Shown: one piece after another, positions 45,386 to 56,145 of the stretch
Layout: the number at the start of each line of letters is the position of its first letter
How positions within the stretch are numbered: the first letter of the stretch is position 1
DNA from: an uncultured Planctomycetaceae bacterium
Lineage (GTDB): Bacteria; Planctomycetota; Planctomycetia; Pirellulales; PALSA-1355
Reading direction: 5' to 3'
Length of the DNA: 64,000 bases
Assembly: GCA_963785305.1 (NCBI GenBank)
Contig: CAWAUV010000007.1
Coordinates: 800,001 to 864,000 of the forward strand
The notes under the pieces: generated by a model
Seen by the model: the letters and a program-made list of their open reading frames with translations, nothing else
What the model was told of the DNA's origin: nothing
The model's database searches: none
Position numbers and translations under genes: made by a program

Positions 45386-45653
45386 ATGGCCAAAAACGAG
45401 CCGGAATATCTCGATATCGACGAGCTTTGCGCTCGAACCGGGCTGTCGTCAGCAACGATTTGGCGCCTCAAGCGAAGCGGGCGGATCGCGTTCTACCAGC
45501 CGGGGGGACCACGGAGTCGCGGTTCGGTTTCCGGCGAACGCGATTGAACTGCGGCCAAGCCCTTCTCCTCAGCCTGAAACGGGCTTCGGCGAACCGAAAC
45601 TTTCGGGGCCGACACCTCTCTGGGCAAAAAACATCTCCAACACCAAGCACTAG
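45386..45653 (+). CDS. AlpA/excisionase-like HTH protein; frameshift ~45515
   Basis: YLDIDELCARTGLSSATIWRLKRSGRI, directly upstream of the integrase. Confidence 0.8.
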
Positions 45654-45661
45654 GAAATCAC

Positions 45662-46875
45662 GTGGCACGAAAATCGAAACAACCCATAATCGCTTGCCAG
45701 TATTTCGGCTGGCGGCTCTTTCAACGCGACGGCGTTTATTACGCCGACGGCCGGGGCGGCAAATACGACCTCGGCAAACATTCACTCGGCGCCCGGAATC
45801 GTGAAAACGCGTTTGAACGGCTCCGGCAACTGGACGCACACAAGGCGGTAGAGCATGGGCTAGCGAATAATATTGCGACCGTGCCGACGGTCAACATCTC
45901 GATCGCCGAAGGCTGGAAGAAATTTCTCGATTTCTGCGGAAGAAGCAATGTGCAGGGAGGCGTGTCGCCGGGGACGCTCAAACGCTACGGCGGCGTGCGT
46001 GATAAACACGTCGGGTTTTGCGCCCGGCATGGCGTCGTCAATTGGACCGATTTCGACGCCCGGATGATTGAAAAATACGGCAACTGGTTGGCAAGAAAGA
46101 GCGCCGAGCGAACCCAGTACTTCGAGCTCACGCTGCTGAAAAGCGTGGTCAAATGGCTGATCGGGAGCAAGCTTCTACCCGCCGATTGCAAACTGAATCA
46201 TCCCTTGCGCAAACCCCAAGGCACCGATACCTATTGCTACAGCGTGGCCGAAGTGGCCGACATGGTGCGGCACTGCGAGTCGGCCCCCAACCTTGGTTGG
46301 CTGGCCAGAGTGATCGTCGGATTGCGCATACCGGCTTGCGAATCAGCGAGTTGGCCAACATGCGCTGGGGCGATGTGAACGACGATCGGAACCTGATTCA
46401 AGTGGTCGACGAGCGGTCAAGCAGTCGTAAGCGTCGGGCTGGCGTCGCTCGCACGACCAAGGGCCGCCGTTCCCGCACATTGCCCTTGCACCCGGTGCTC
46501 AAGGAATATCTTGCGACGATCGAGCGGCATGCGGACGGCTATGTATTTCACGCTCTTCGCGGCGGCCGACTTCGGTCCCGAAATCTGCTGCAGACGTTCC
46601 TTGATGACGTGATCGAGCCGCTGAAAGCGAAGTTTCCCACCCCGGCTGGCGAGATCGGCTTCGAGCACGGTCGAATCCACAGCTTTCGCCACTATTTTTG
46701 CAGTCAATCGTTCCTCGGAGGGGCGTCCGAGGGCGAGATTCGCGAATGGCTGGGGCACTCCGATTCCAAAATGGTTGAACACTACCGCCATCTGCGAAGC
46801 GAGGACGCTCAGCGCAAAATGGCGAGGATCGATTTCTTGGGTCGTCTGGACAACGGTTCGGACGGCAAGGCGTAG
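45662..46875 (+). CDS. Tyrosine recombinase/integrase; frameshift ~46325
   Basis: HTGLRISEL, HSFRHYF, WLGHSDSKMVEHY. Confidence 0.93.
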
Positions 46876-47027
46876 TTCGTTGTTTTGTTGTTTTTTTTCA
46901 AAGGGCGTCGGCGACGGCGCGGTGGTGAGAGGTTGAGAACGTGATCGAGATGCTCGCGACGAGCTTGAAGGTAGTCGACGCCGCGTGGGCTCGCAAAGAG
47001 GCCCCGCGGCGGCCCGAGATCGCTCGG

Positions 47028-47064
47028 ATTTGTCCCAGTTTTTGTCTCACTGACTGGGACAAAT
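47028..47064. promoter_or_regulatory. Candidate integrase arm-type binding sites
   Basis: ATTTGTCCCAGT, TTTGTCTCACT and inverted ACTGGGACAAAT between the integrase and the tRNA 3' end. Confidence 0.55.
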
Positions 47065-47125
47065 GAGGATCGCTCGTCACAAGGGTCTGCCATGCAGTCA
47101 CTTACGACGAGCGTTCAAAAAATCA

Positions 47126-47216
<91 letters not shown>

Positions 47217-47491
47217 AAAAGCCCGCCTCGCTCGCGGAATTGCGCGCCCTCGAACCGCGGGCCATCAATGGCGACGCATCCGCAATCGTCATGCGCGAGG
47301 CATCAAGTTTACCGAATCCGGCGGCGGTGGTAAAGCGACCCGAAGCGGCGGCCCGTCGGGGCTGTCGGGCACCCGCCGGGCGGCGCTGGCATGGCCGAGC
47401 AAGAACCCTAACTCGAAAGCTTTCCGATAACGGGAAGAGCGAAGCTGTTGGCGGACAGGCTCCCGAGAGCCTATCCGAGAAGTTCCGCGGG

Positions 47492-47525
47492 CCCTCACTC
47501 TACCCTCTCCCAGTGGGAGGGGGGG
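47492..47525. repeat. REP-like palindrome
   Basis: CCCTCAC..CCCTCTCCCAGTGGGAGGGGG; a related inverted copy lies at 61681-61712. Confidence 0.55.
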
Positions 47526-47561
47526 TTGGCGGACAGGCTCTTTGCGGTTTGTTGAATAATG

Positions 47562-48410
47562 CTAGGCGGCCCGGCGCCAGGGGAGCCAAGCGGACCACGA
47601 CGACGGGCTCGCCGCCTGTCGCGCCGGGCAGACGTCGCTCGATCGGTCGAGGCTCGCGTGGCGACGCAAAATCTCGAGCGCCGAATTCGGCCCATGCGAC
47701 TGCCACTTATCGATTCGATTGCGGCGCCACATCTCGTGGTAGAGATGCACCGCATAGCTGTTCGGGCTCGGAGCGAAGGATTTCTCGCCGCGAGCAAATC
47801 CCGGAATCTCATGCCAGACCAAGGGCGAGAAGGTCGTCTCCGGCAACACATAGTGCATCAGCCGCAGGTCGACCACGGCCTGCACAAACACATTGCCGAG
47901 CTCGTTCCACCGCACATGCGAGGGCGGAATCTGTTCGGCGTCGCGAATGGCTTGCCGCATCAATTGGCAGCCGCGCGGCGCTTTGATCACCCCGGTGGCC
48001 ACCGGCTTGTCTTCGGCGCCCAGCACATAGGGCGCGGTGAAGTCGAAAGGCCGCAAGCAAAACACATCCATATCCACCCACCAACCGCCAAGATCGTGGA
48101 GCATGGTGTAGCGAAACAGGTCCGAGAAGCCCGCGAAGCTGCCCTTGCCCTCGCCGCGGCGATTGCGAAACACGCGCTCGGCCGGCAATATCTCGCGGGC
48201 GTCGCGGCCAACCACTCCCGCCGGTAGTCGCGGGAAGGGATCGTAGGAATAAAGGTGAAATTCGTGGCCGCAGCGCACGAACGACTGCATGCAGGCCCAT
48301 TCCAGGGGCGAAATCTCGCCGATCCACAGACTTCGGATAGTGCGATTCGGATCGTCGGCGCGAAATGTGGTGCCCGCAACTGGCGGTCGATTGGCTTGGT
48401 TGGATGACAA
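47562..48410 (-). CDS. DXD glycosyltransferase (GT32/alpha-1,4-glycosyltransferase-like)
   Basis: SLWIG..SPLE, FSDLFRY..L..GGWWVDMD, VHLYHEMW. Confidence 0.88.
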   Translation of the reverse strand: MSSNQANRPPVAGTTFRADDPNRTIRSLWIGEISPLEWACMQSFVRCGHEFHLYSYDPFPRLPAGVVGRDAREILPAERVFRNRRGEGKGSFAGFSDLFRYTMLHDLGGWWVDMDVFCLRPFDFTAPYVLGAEDKPVATGVIKAPRGCQLMRQAIRDAEQIPPSHVRWNELGNVFVQAVVDLRLMHYVLPETTFSPLVWHEIPGFARGEKSFAPSPNSYAVHLYHEMWRRNRIDKWQSHGPNSALEILRRHASLDRSSDVCPARQAASPSSWSAWLPWRRAA

Positions 48411-48896
48411 GGTAGAGCCTCACCCGGCGGATTACGTTGGACTGCCTCGACGTCGTGCTGTCCGCGCGATGCCTGTGCTTCGAGAGGAAGTGGGCCGTTC
48501 CCCGCGCCGCCGCGCATTTATTTCATCGGCTGCCGAATCGTGAAAGCTGCGCGGTTTTCCGCCTTATGCCGCACGAGCGTCGGCTTATTGTTCCTTGATC
48601 GGCTGTTTTGGCCAAGATCAGTTGTTCGCCGACCCGCATTCGATCTATGCCTTTCGACATAGCACGATGTGCGCGGGCGACTGCTAGCACTGCTAGAATC
48701 AAAGTCTTGACGATCGCCGCGCGGGCAATAGCAGGGGTGGGGGGGAGAATGGCTTCGCAATTCGGTCGTTCGGTTTCGGCGTTTGTCGCGAAACCGCAAT
48801 TACCCGGCAAGCGGCGAGATGTGCGACGAGATGTGCGACGCCCCGAGCAATGGCGAACTACCAGCCCATTGAAATATTCAACAGGCTGATTGGCTC

Positions 48897-49896
48897 TTAT
48901 TGTATGAACTCTTCTTTTTCATCGGGCGAGGAGAGCGTGATTTCCCCGGAATCTTCCAGCCGGCGCACCACGTCGACAATCTGCTGCTGCATCTGCTCCA
49001 CGGCCGACAATCGCACCGGGCCGAGGTATTCCATTTCCTCGCGCAACATTTCCGAGGCCCGCTGCGACATATTGCTGAGCACCTTGGCTCGCAGTTCCTC
49101 GCTCGCGCCTTTGAGGGCCATGGCCCATTGGCTGGTTTCCACGTTTTTGAGCACGGTTTGCACATCTTTGTTCGAGAACTTGTTGATGTCCTCGAAGACG
49201 AACATCAGCCGCCTGATTTCTTCCACCAAGTCGGGGTCTTCTTGGGCCAGATTCTCGAGGAGATTGCGTTCGGTCGAGCGGTCGGTCACGTTGAGAATCT
49301 CGGCCACGGTCGGCACTCCGCCGGCTTTTTCGAACTGCTGGCTCATGACGCTCGACATGCGGCTTTCGAGTCCGCGCTCGACTTCTTGAATGATCTCGGG
49401 ATTCGTTTGGCCCATCGTGGCCACGCGGCGGATCACCGCGAGTTGGCGATCGCTGGGCAGGGCGGCGATGATCTCGGCGCCGTATTGCGGCGGCAGATGC
49501 GAGAGAATCAGCGCGATGGTTTGCGGATGCTCGTCGATGATGAACGTGAGCAGATTCTGGCTGTCGACATGCTGCAAAAAGCCGAACGGCAGGGCCTCGA
49601 TCGACTGGCGGCACATTGTCGATCGTGCCGGTCGCGTTTTTGCCGAGCGCTTTCTCAACGAGCGACTTGGCCACGTCGAGCCCGCCAGAGCCGCCGCCCA
49701 TCATCTTGGGATCGACATCGGCAAATTCGAAAATGACGGCGCCTTGCTCCTCGCCGCCGACGGAGCTGATCTTGGCGATCTCGATCGACACCGCCTCGAC
49801 CTGCTTGGCGTCGAGCTTCGACATGAGCTGGCCGGCCTGATCTTGCGGCAGGCTCATCAGCAAGACCGCGGCTTTGCGAAGTTCGGCGGCGCTCAT
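48897..49896 (-). CDS. fliG: Flagellar motor switch protein FliG; frameshift ~49610
   Basis: LRKAAVLLMSL, EHPQTIALILSHL, MFVFED, NMSQRA, GPVRLSAVE. Confidence 0.95.
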
Positions 49897-50099
49897 TGCG
49901 GGGCGTTCTCCGCGGGTCGATTCCCGGCGGGCGACGCCTCGAGCCAATATTGCAACACGCCCAGCACGGTTCCCGGCCGCCGACGGGCAATCAGCGCCAA
50001 GCGGCGTCGCAAGAACTCCTCGCGGCCGGTGATCGCGTTGCCGGCGTGGCTCGGGGCCGCGGGGCCGAATTCGGAGCGATGCTCGACTGTCATGGGCAA
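49893..50099 (-). CDS. Mini-protein resembling the FliF C-terminal FliG-binding helices
   Basis: LRRRLALIARRRPGTVLGVLQYWL; 4-bp overlap with the fliG start. Confidence 0.5.
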   Translation of the reverse strand: MPMTVEHRSEFGPAAPSHAGNAITGREEFLRRRLALIARRRPGTVLGVLQYWLEASPAGNRPAENAPQ

Positions 50100-50419
50100 C
50101 CGACTCTTTTACGTGGATTGTTCTTTTGCGCGATGTTTTTATTGCGCGAGGGGGGCGATGCGTCAAAGTTCGCGAATCCGGCGCCGGTTGCCCAGTCGGC
50201 AAAAGGCGCCAAAAATTTGTTCGCGCTTTGTCTATCGGCCGGACCGGGGGCGCTGCTTGAGCCAAAATCCCGCGGGGGCTTCCGGCGCCGGGGCGAATGT
50301 GCCAAAATCTCGCTTCGAGCCAGCGGAATCGCTCCCCCGATCCCCCCGGTTTTCCACGTTTTTGGCCGGCCGCTTCGGGCGGTTCTTTTACCACCCCCCA
50401 ATCGCGATCGCGAGTCATT

Positions 50420-50866
50420 ATGCTGCGACATCAACTGCTGCATCCCAAAATCAACGAGGTGCTCGGTCGAGCCGGGCATCACGGCAAGATCCTGATTGCC
50501 GATGGCAACTATCCCGCCTCGAGCACCCTGGGTCCGAATGCCGAGCTCGTGAGCCTGAATCTTTCGCCCGGCGTGGTCACCTGCGCCCAAGTGCTGGCGG
50601 CGGTCGTGTCGGCGATTCCGATTGATATCGCCAACACGATGCAGCCGGAAGCGTCGGGGCAGTACGCCATGAGCGACGACCCGCCGGTGTGGACCGAGTA
50701 TCGTCGGATATTCAAAGCGGCCGGCCTCGCGCTCGAGCTTGAGCCAATCGAGAAGTGGGCGTTTTACGAAGCGGTGCGCACTCCCGACCATGTGCTCACG
50801 ATTCAAACCGCCGACCAGGGATTGTTCGCCAACCTGCTGCTCTCGATTGGCGTGCGCCGCGCCTGA
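50420..50866 (+). CDS. RbsD/FucU family mutarotase
   Basis: LLHP..LGRAGHHGKILIADGNYP, FYEA, FANLLLSIGV. Confidence 0.9.
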   Translation: MLRHQLLHPKINEVLGRAGHHGKILIADGNYPASSTLGPNAELVSLNLSPGVVTCAQVLAAVVSAIPIDIANTMQPEASGQYAMSDDPPVWTEYRRIFKAAGLALELEPIEKWAFYEAVRTPDHVLTIQTADQGLFANLLLSIGVRRA

Positions 50867-50930
50867 CGAGAGACATTCGCGGTTCGCTGGCGATTTCGAT
50901 CCACGCTCATTTCCTCAACGAGGACCAACG

Positions 50931-51864
50931 ATGGAAACCCGTCTGCTCGGAAAGACCGGGCTCGAACTTTCGGCGCTCAGCTTCGGCGCCTCGTCGCTGG
51001 GGCAAGAGTTTCGCCAAGTCGATCTCGGCGAAGCGCTCGGGAGCGTGCGCCGCGCTCGAGGTGGGCATGAACTTTATCGACACCTCGCCGTTCTATGGGC
51101 GCGGCATGTCGGAAGTGCTGCTCGGGGTGGCGCTGCGCGGCGTGCCGCGAGACAGCTATCTCTTGGGCACGAAGCTTGGCCGCTACGATCTCGGGCATTT
51201 CGATTTCTCGGCCCGACGCGTGGTCGAGAGCGTCGATGTGAGTTTGCATCGCATGGGCGTCGAGCATTTGGATATTTGCCTGTGCCACGATATCGAGTTC
51301 GTCGATCTGACTCAGATCGTGCAAGAAACCCTGCCAGCCTTGCGACGCTTGCAGCAACAGGGCAAGGTGCGATGCGTGGGTATTAGCGGCTATCCGATGC
51401 ACATTTTTCGCTGGATTCTCGAGCGCACGGAGCTCGATGTCGTGTTGTCGTATAACCATTACACGTTGCAAAACACGATGTTCGGCGATCTTGTGCCGCT
51501 GCTCAAGGCCAAGCGGGTGGGCATTATGAACGCCGCTCCGTTCTCCGCGCGGCTGCTAACCAACGCCACGCTTCCACCCTGGCATAAGGCGACGCCGCAA
51601 GTGCGCGAGTGCTGCGCCAAGGCGGCGGAATATTGCCGCGGCCAGGGATCGGACATCGCCAAGCTCGCGCTCCAGTTCTCCATTGCCAATCCCGACATGA
51701 CCACGTGCATTGCCGGCTCGGCCAGTCCCGAGCGCGTGCGGCAATGGGCCACTTGGGCCGCCGAGCCGCTCGATCGCGAACTGCTCGCCGAAACACTCAA
51801 GATTCTCGCGCCGATTCATGACTGGCACTACACCGAAGGCCGCCCGGAGAACAACGACCAATAA
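50931..51864 (+). CDS. Aldo/keto reductase (L-fucose/L-galactose dehydrogenase-like); frameshift ~51050
   Basis: LGKTGLELSALSFGAS, NFIDTSPFYG, GTKLGRY, CHDIE. Confidence 0.9.
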
Positions 51865-51926
51865 TCGCGAGTCGCTTCCCGTCCGCGACCCGAAACGCAA
51901 GGCACGGACTCTGAAAGTCTAGACAC

Positions 51927-52766
51927 TTGATTACCATCAACGCGCATCAGCATTTTTGGGAACTGCATCGATTCAACACCACTTGGCTCGATGCGCCGCC
52001 GCTCGCGCCGATTCGACGTAATTTCTTGCCCGAGGACCTTGCTCCGCTGCTCGACGCGGCGGGGATCCAAAAGTCGATCTTCGTGCAAACCCAGCACAAT
52101 CTGGCCGAAGCTCGCTGGGTGCTGCGGCTGGCCAAGAAGCATGAGTTTCTCGCCGGCGTCGTGGGTTGGCTCGATTTGGCGAGCGACGATTGCGAGCGGC
52201 AATTGCTCGAATTTCGCGAGGATCCGAAGTTCGTCGGAGCGCGGCATATCACGCAAGACGAGCCCGACGATGATTTCATCATCCGCGACGATGTGCTCCG
52301 CGGTCTCGCATTGCTCGAAAAGCACCAGTTGCCGTTTGACCTGCTCTTCTATCCGAAACATCTGCGGCATGCGGCCACCATCGCCCGGAAGCTGCCCGAC
52401 TTGCCGCTGGTGATCGACCACTTGGCCAAGCCGCGGATCGCCAGCGGTGAGATGAAGCCCTGGATCGATGACCTGCGCGCCGCGGCCCGCTGCCCTAATG
52501 TGTGCTGCAAGCTCTCGGGCCTGGTGACCGAAGCGGATTGGCGATCTTGGAAGCCGGTCGATTTGCGGCCCTATGTGCGGGCGGCGCTCGACGCATTTGG
52601 ACCCGAGCGGTGCATGTATGGCTCGGATTGGCCGGTGTGTCTATTGGCGGGCGACTATGGCCGGGTCCACGCGGCGCTGGTTGAAGCGCTGGGGGAATTG
52701 AGCCCTGGCGACCGTGAGCGGATATTTGGGCTCACGGCCGCCAGGTTTTATCGCTTCCCGCTCTGA
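51927..52766 (+). CDS. Amidohydrolase_2 family (L-fuconolactonase-like)
   Basis: AHQHFW, IDHLAKP, CKLSGL, MYGSDWPV. Confidence 0.9.
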   Translation: MITINAHQHFWELHRFNTTWLDAPPLAPIRRNFLPEDLAPLLDAAGIQKSIFVQTQHNLAEARWVLRLAKKHEFLAGVVGWLDLASDDCERQLLEFREDPKFVGARHITQDEPDDDFIIRDDVLRGLALLEKHQLPFDLLFYPKHLRHAATIARKLPDLPLVIDHLAKPRIASGEMKPWIDDLRAAARCPNVCCKLSGLVTEADWRSWKPVDLRPYVRAALDAFGPERCMYGSDWPVCLLAGDYGRVHAALVEALGELSPGDRERIFGLTAARFYRFPL

Positions 52767-52797
52767 GCGAGCGGTGATTCCCGCCTTTATCGACGGT

Positions 52798-54414
52798 TCA
52801 ATGTCGGCCGCGCGAGAAATTGAAGGCTTGCAGCACTTCGTCGACGATATGGGCGATCCCTTGGCGGCCACTCGCGCCGCCGCCGTCGCATCCTCCCCCG
52901 CCGCCCAAGCCCGAGCCGCCGCCGGTCGACGATCGCGCGACCGCCGTGACGATCGCCGTGCCGGTGAGACTATCTCCGGCATCGGTGGCGGTCAGCGTTT
53001 CCGAGCCGGCCGTGGTGAATGTGACCATGAAAGTCTCGGCCCCGGCGCCCGTGAAATGAAACAGGCCGAGGCTCACCGGCTTGGCCGTGATCGGGCCGGT
53101 GATCGTGACTCCGCTCGACGGACTGGCCGTGAGCGCCACGGTTCCGTCGTAGTTCGAGACCACATGACCGCTGGCGTCGAGCGCGAGCACCGTGACGGGA
53201 ACCGCCACCCCGACCGGAGCATCGACCGGCGCGATCACGAGCAGTTGCGTGGCCACGCTCGCGGCGTAGACATTCGTCGAGGCCGTGATCGTGTTGTTCG
53301 ACGCATCGGTCACGGTCACGGTTTGCACGCCGGCGGTCGCGAAGTTCACCATGAAGGTGTGCGATCCGTCGTCCTGGCGGAAGCCCTTGCCTGAAGTAAA
53401 CGCATAACTGCCCGGCAAGGTGGCCGCGGAGTCGCTGCTCGTGAATGTCACCGTGCCGGTGTAGCCGGTCACGGGCTGATTGTTCGCATTCAGCGCGGTC
53501 ACGGTGACGGGCGTCTCGCTGCCCGCCTGAACATTTTCGCCGATCGTGATGCCGAAGTGCGTGACTGCGGCCGCTTGGGTGGCGGTTAGGTTGGTCGACA
53601 CCGAAGCGGTGAGCGGCGTGGCGCCGTTGTCGGTGGCGGTGATGCTCGGCGTGAAGCCGGTGGCGGTCGACGCGGCGGAGAACGTGACCGAGAACGTGTG
53701 CTTGCCGGCGTCGGCGCTCGTGAACTGATAGGCCGCGGGGAGCATGGCGCCGGTGTCGTTCGAGGCGAGCGTCACCGTTCCGGTATAGCCGGGCACGAGA
53801 TGCCCGCTCGCGTCGAGCGCTTCGACCGTGACCGAGACCGGCGGCGCCCGGAGTTTCGGTCGAGGGCATGAGCACGACAAGCTGCGTGGCGGTTTGAGCC
53901 GCGTTGACCGCGGTGGTCGCGCTGCCGGTGATCGGCGACGCGCCGGAGGAGTCGGTCACCGTGACCGCCACATTGCCGGTGTTGGCGAAGTCGGCGGTAA
54001 AGGCTTCGGCGCCATTGGTGAAGGTGACGGTTGTCGGCAAGGTGGCGCCGGTGGCGTTGGTGGCCGACACGGTGGCCGTGCCGTCGTAGTTCTCGACGCG
54101 ATGATTCGCGGCGTCGAGCGCGATCACCTCGAAGCGGGCCAACGCGCCGACATTGGTCTCTTCGGGCGCCACGACTTCGAAATGCGTGACCACATCGGTC
54201 GCGCCGCCGCCCGAAATACCGCCACCGCCGCCGATCGCATGCGTGGGCACGACCGCCACGGCGCTCGAAGAGCGCCGCGGCATTCGAGCGATTCGATTTG
54301 AGAATTCAACCCGTGGCGATTCGCCGCCCTCGGGTTGAGCCGCGGCCGGCGCGCCTCGCGGCGCGCGCGAGATAACAATCCATCGACGCCGAACAGACGA
54401 TCCAGGGAAAACAT
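52798..54414 (-). CDS. Planctomycete surface protein with repeated Ig-like domains; frameshifts ~54280 and ~53850
   Basis: N-terminal ESLE.R motif after an Arg-rich leader; repeated VTVTALDA..YTGTV..TSSD..F.VTF.TAG units. Confidence 0.75.
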
Positions 54415-54580
54415 GATTCCGCCCTCCGTTCCATGGAAAAACAGAAAACGCTTCGATTGAAGCGACAAGAATTGAGCAGTACTCAATTTAAGCGAACCAG
54501 CATGAGCGTCAATGCCGCTAGCGGCCTTCAACGGGCCGCTCGTGCTTTGTCACGGCTGCAATGATGGATTGGATTCGTTC

Positions 54581-54668
54581 CGTGCGCCATGCCCAGGGCC
54601 CTGCGTGGGCATGAGGACTTCGCGTGGCGCTTGAAAACATGCCCACTCAAGGCAGTGGGCATGGCACG
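54581..54668. repeat. Paired REP-like palindromes
   Basis: CATGCCCA..TGGGCATG (54588-54613) and CATGCCCACT..AGTGGGCATG (54638-54663). Confidence 0.7.
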
Positions 54669-54693
54669 CGCGCAAACCGAATTATCCATCATT

Positions 54694-55856
54694 TCAGCCG
54701 TGAACGAGTACTAGCACTCCCGGCGAGGTTCGGCCATGACTTCGCTCGGCGGCGCGACTCGGGCCCGGCGCCAAGCGTCGAGTTCGCGTTTGGCTCGCAA
54801 TAGTTGGGCGCGGCGCCCGCGGGGAATGCCAAGCCCAGCCGCGGCTGGTCTCCACCCGATTGAGCCAATATCGCTTGCAGTCGAGATAATCGGCGCCTAG
54901 GTCGTAATGCGTGTCGCCGCGGGCAAAGCAGTCGGCGATCATTCGCGCCTGGAGCACACTGCCGGCCCCCGCGAGTTCCGGCTCGCGGCGATAGCCGGTG
55001 CGCAGTCCAAACACATAGCCGCGGTAGTGGTAGGCATAGTTAAAGGCCACCGCTCGTCCGCCGATCGAGAGCAGATTCACGTCGAGCGCGCCGCGCGGGC
55101 CGCGGCCAAGTGCGCATCGCGGAGAAAGGGCGCCACCTCGCCGTGGCTCAAGGTGTTGCCGCTCGCGGAGTCGCCCTGCCAACTTTGGGCGGCGATCTCC
55201 AGGCACTTGTCGAAAAGTTCCGACCGCGGGTCGCCATCGCCCGCGGCTTGGCTCCCGGGGCGATGGCGAAAATAGTCGATGGCGCCGAGCCGACCGAGGA
55301 TTTTCTCCGAGCGGCGGACATTGTTTCGCCAGCGGCTGGCGCGCCCGGCCCAGTAACTGGCCCACGAGCCCGTGAGATCGATCATGGCCACCCGTCGCTC
55401 GGGCGCGGCCACGGGCGCCAAGCCGCTGGCCGCCATCGCCCGCGGAGTGCGGTCGCGATCTTGGCTCGCGCGAGTCCAGTGGAGCTCGAGCACATCCCAA
55501 TCACGCCTCGAGCGCTTCAGGTGGCCGAGCGCGGCGAGCAGCGTGGCGGTGGGGTTGGGACCGATCGGGCCATGAAAAGTTCCCCAGTCGAGCAGCGGAT
55601 AGGTGAGCGTGCGCAGCCGACCGAGCCGAGTTCGTGGGCGATGAACCCAGAGTGGCAAAATGCCGATTGGCCCGTCGTCGTCATGGGCCACCAGCGCCCG
55701 CAACCGCCCGCGATGTCCGTAATGTCGCCAGAAGACTTCGAGCCAGTCGAGCGATTGGAAGAAGGTTGCCGCGGGCGTCGCGGCGAGGAGCTGGTCCCAG
55801 GCCGGTCGCAGGGAGGCCAGCGCGTCGATCTCGTTGATTTCTTCGATTAGCAGCAT
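54694..55856 (-). CDS. GNAT acetyltransferase (CelD/BcsL-like); frameshifted
   Basis: WDQLL..TFFQSLDW, IGILPL, AVAFNY, GAGSVLQ, YDLG..YL..KRYW. Confidence 0.8.
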
Positions 55857-56145
55857 CGTGGAATCACTCGATCGAAACGCTCGTGGGCGGACGACGGCTC
55901 GGCGTCGCTCGAGACCGAACCGCCGCCAAAGCGCGCCACGCATCGGCGCCTTCTCAAAGATGCGTTATATTCTCGCCGGTTGAAGTGCCCGGCCGAAGAA
56001 ACGCCGACCTATTTCGCGCTCTTTGGGCGAGCGGTGCGCCACTAGGACCGGCACAACCGGTCCAGGGCAATCACGACCGCCCAGCCGACTCGCGAACGAT
56101 TCACCGCGCCCTGGTCTCGCGTGAGCGGCTCAATCGAGTGAATGA

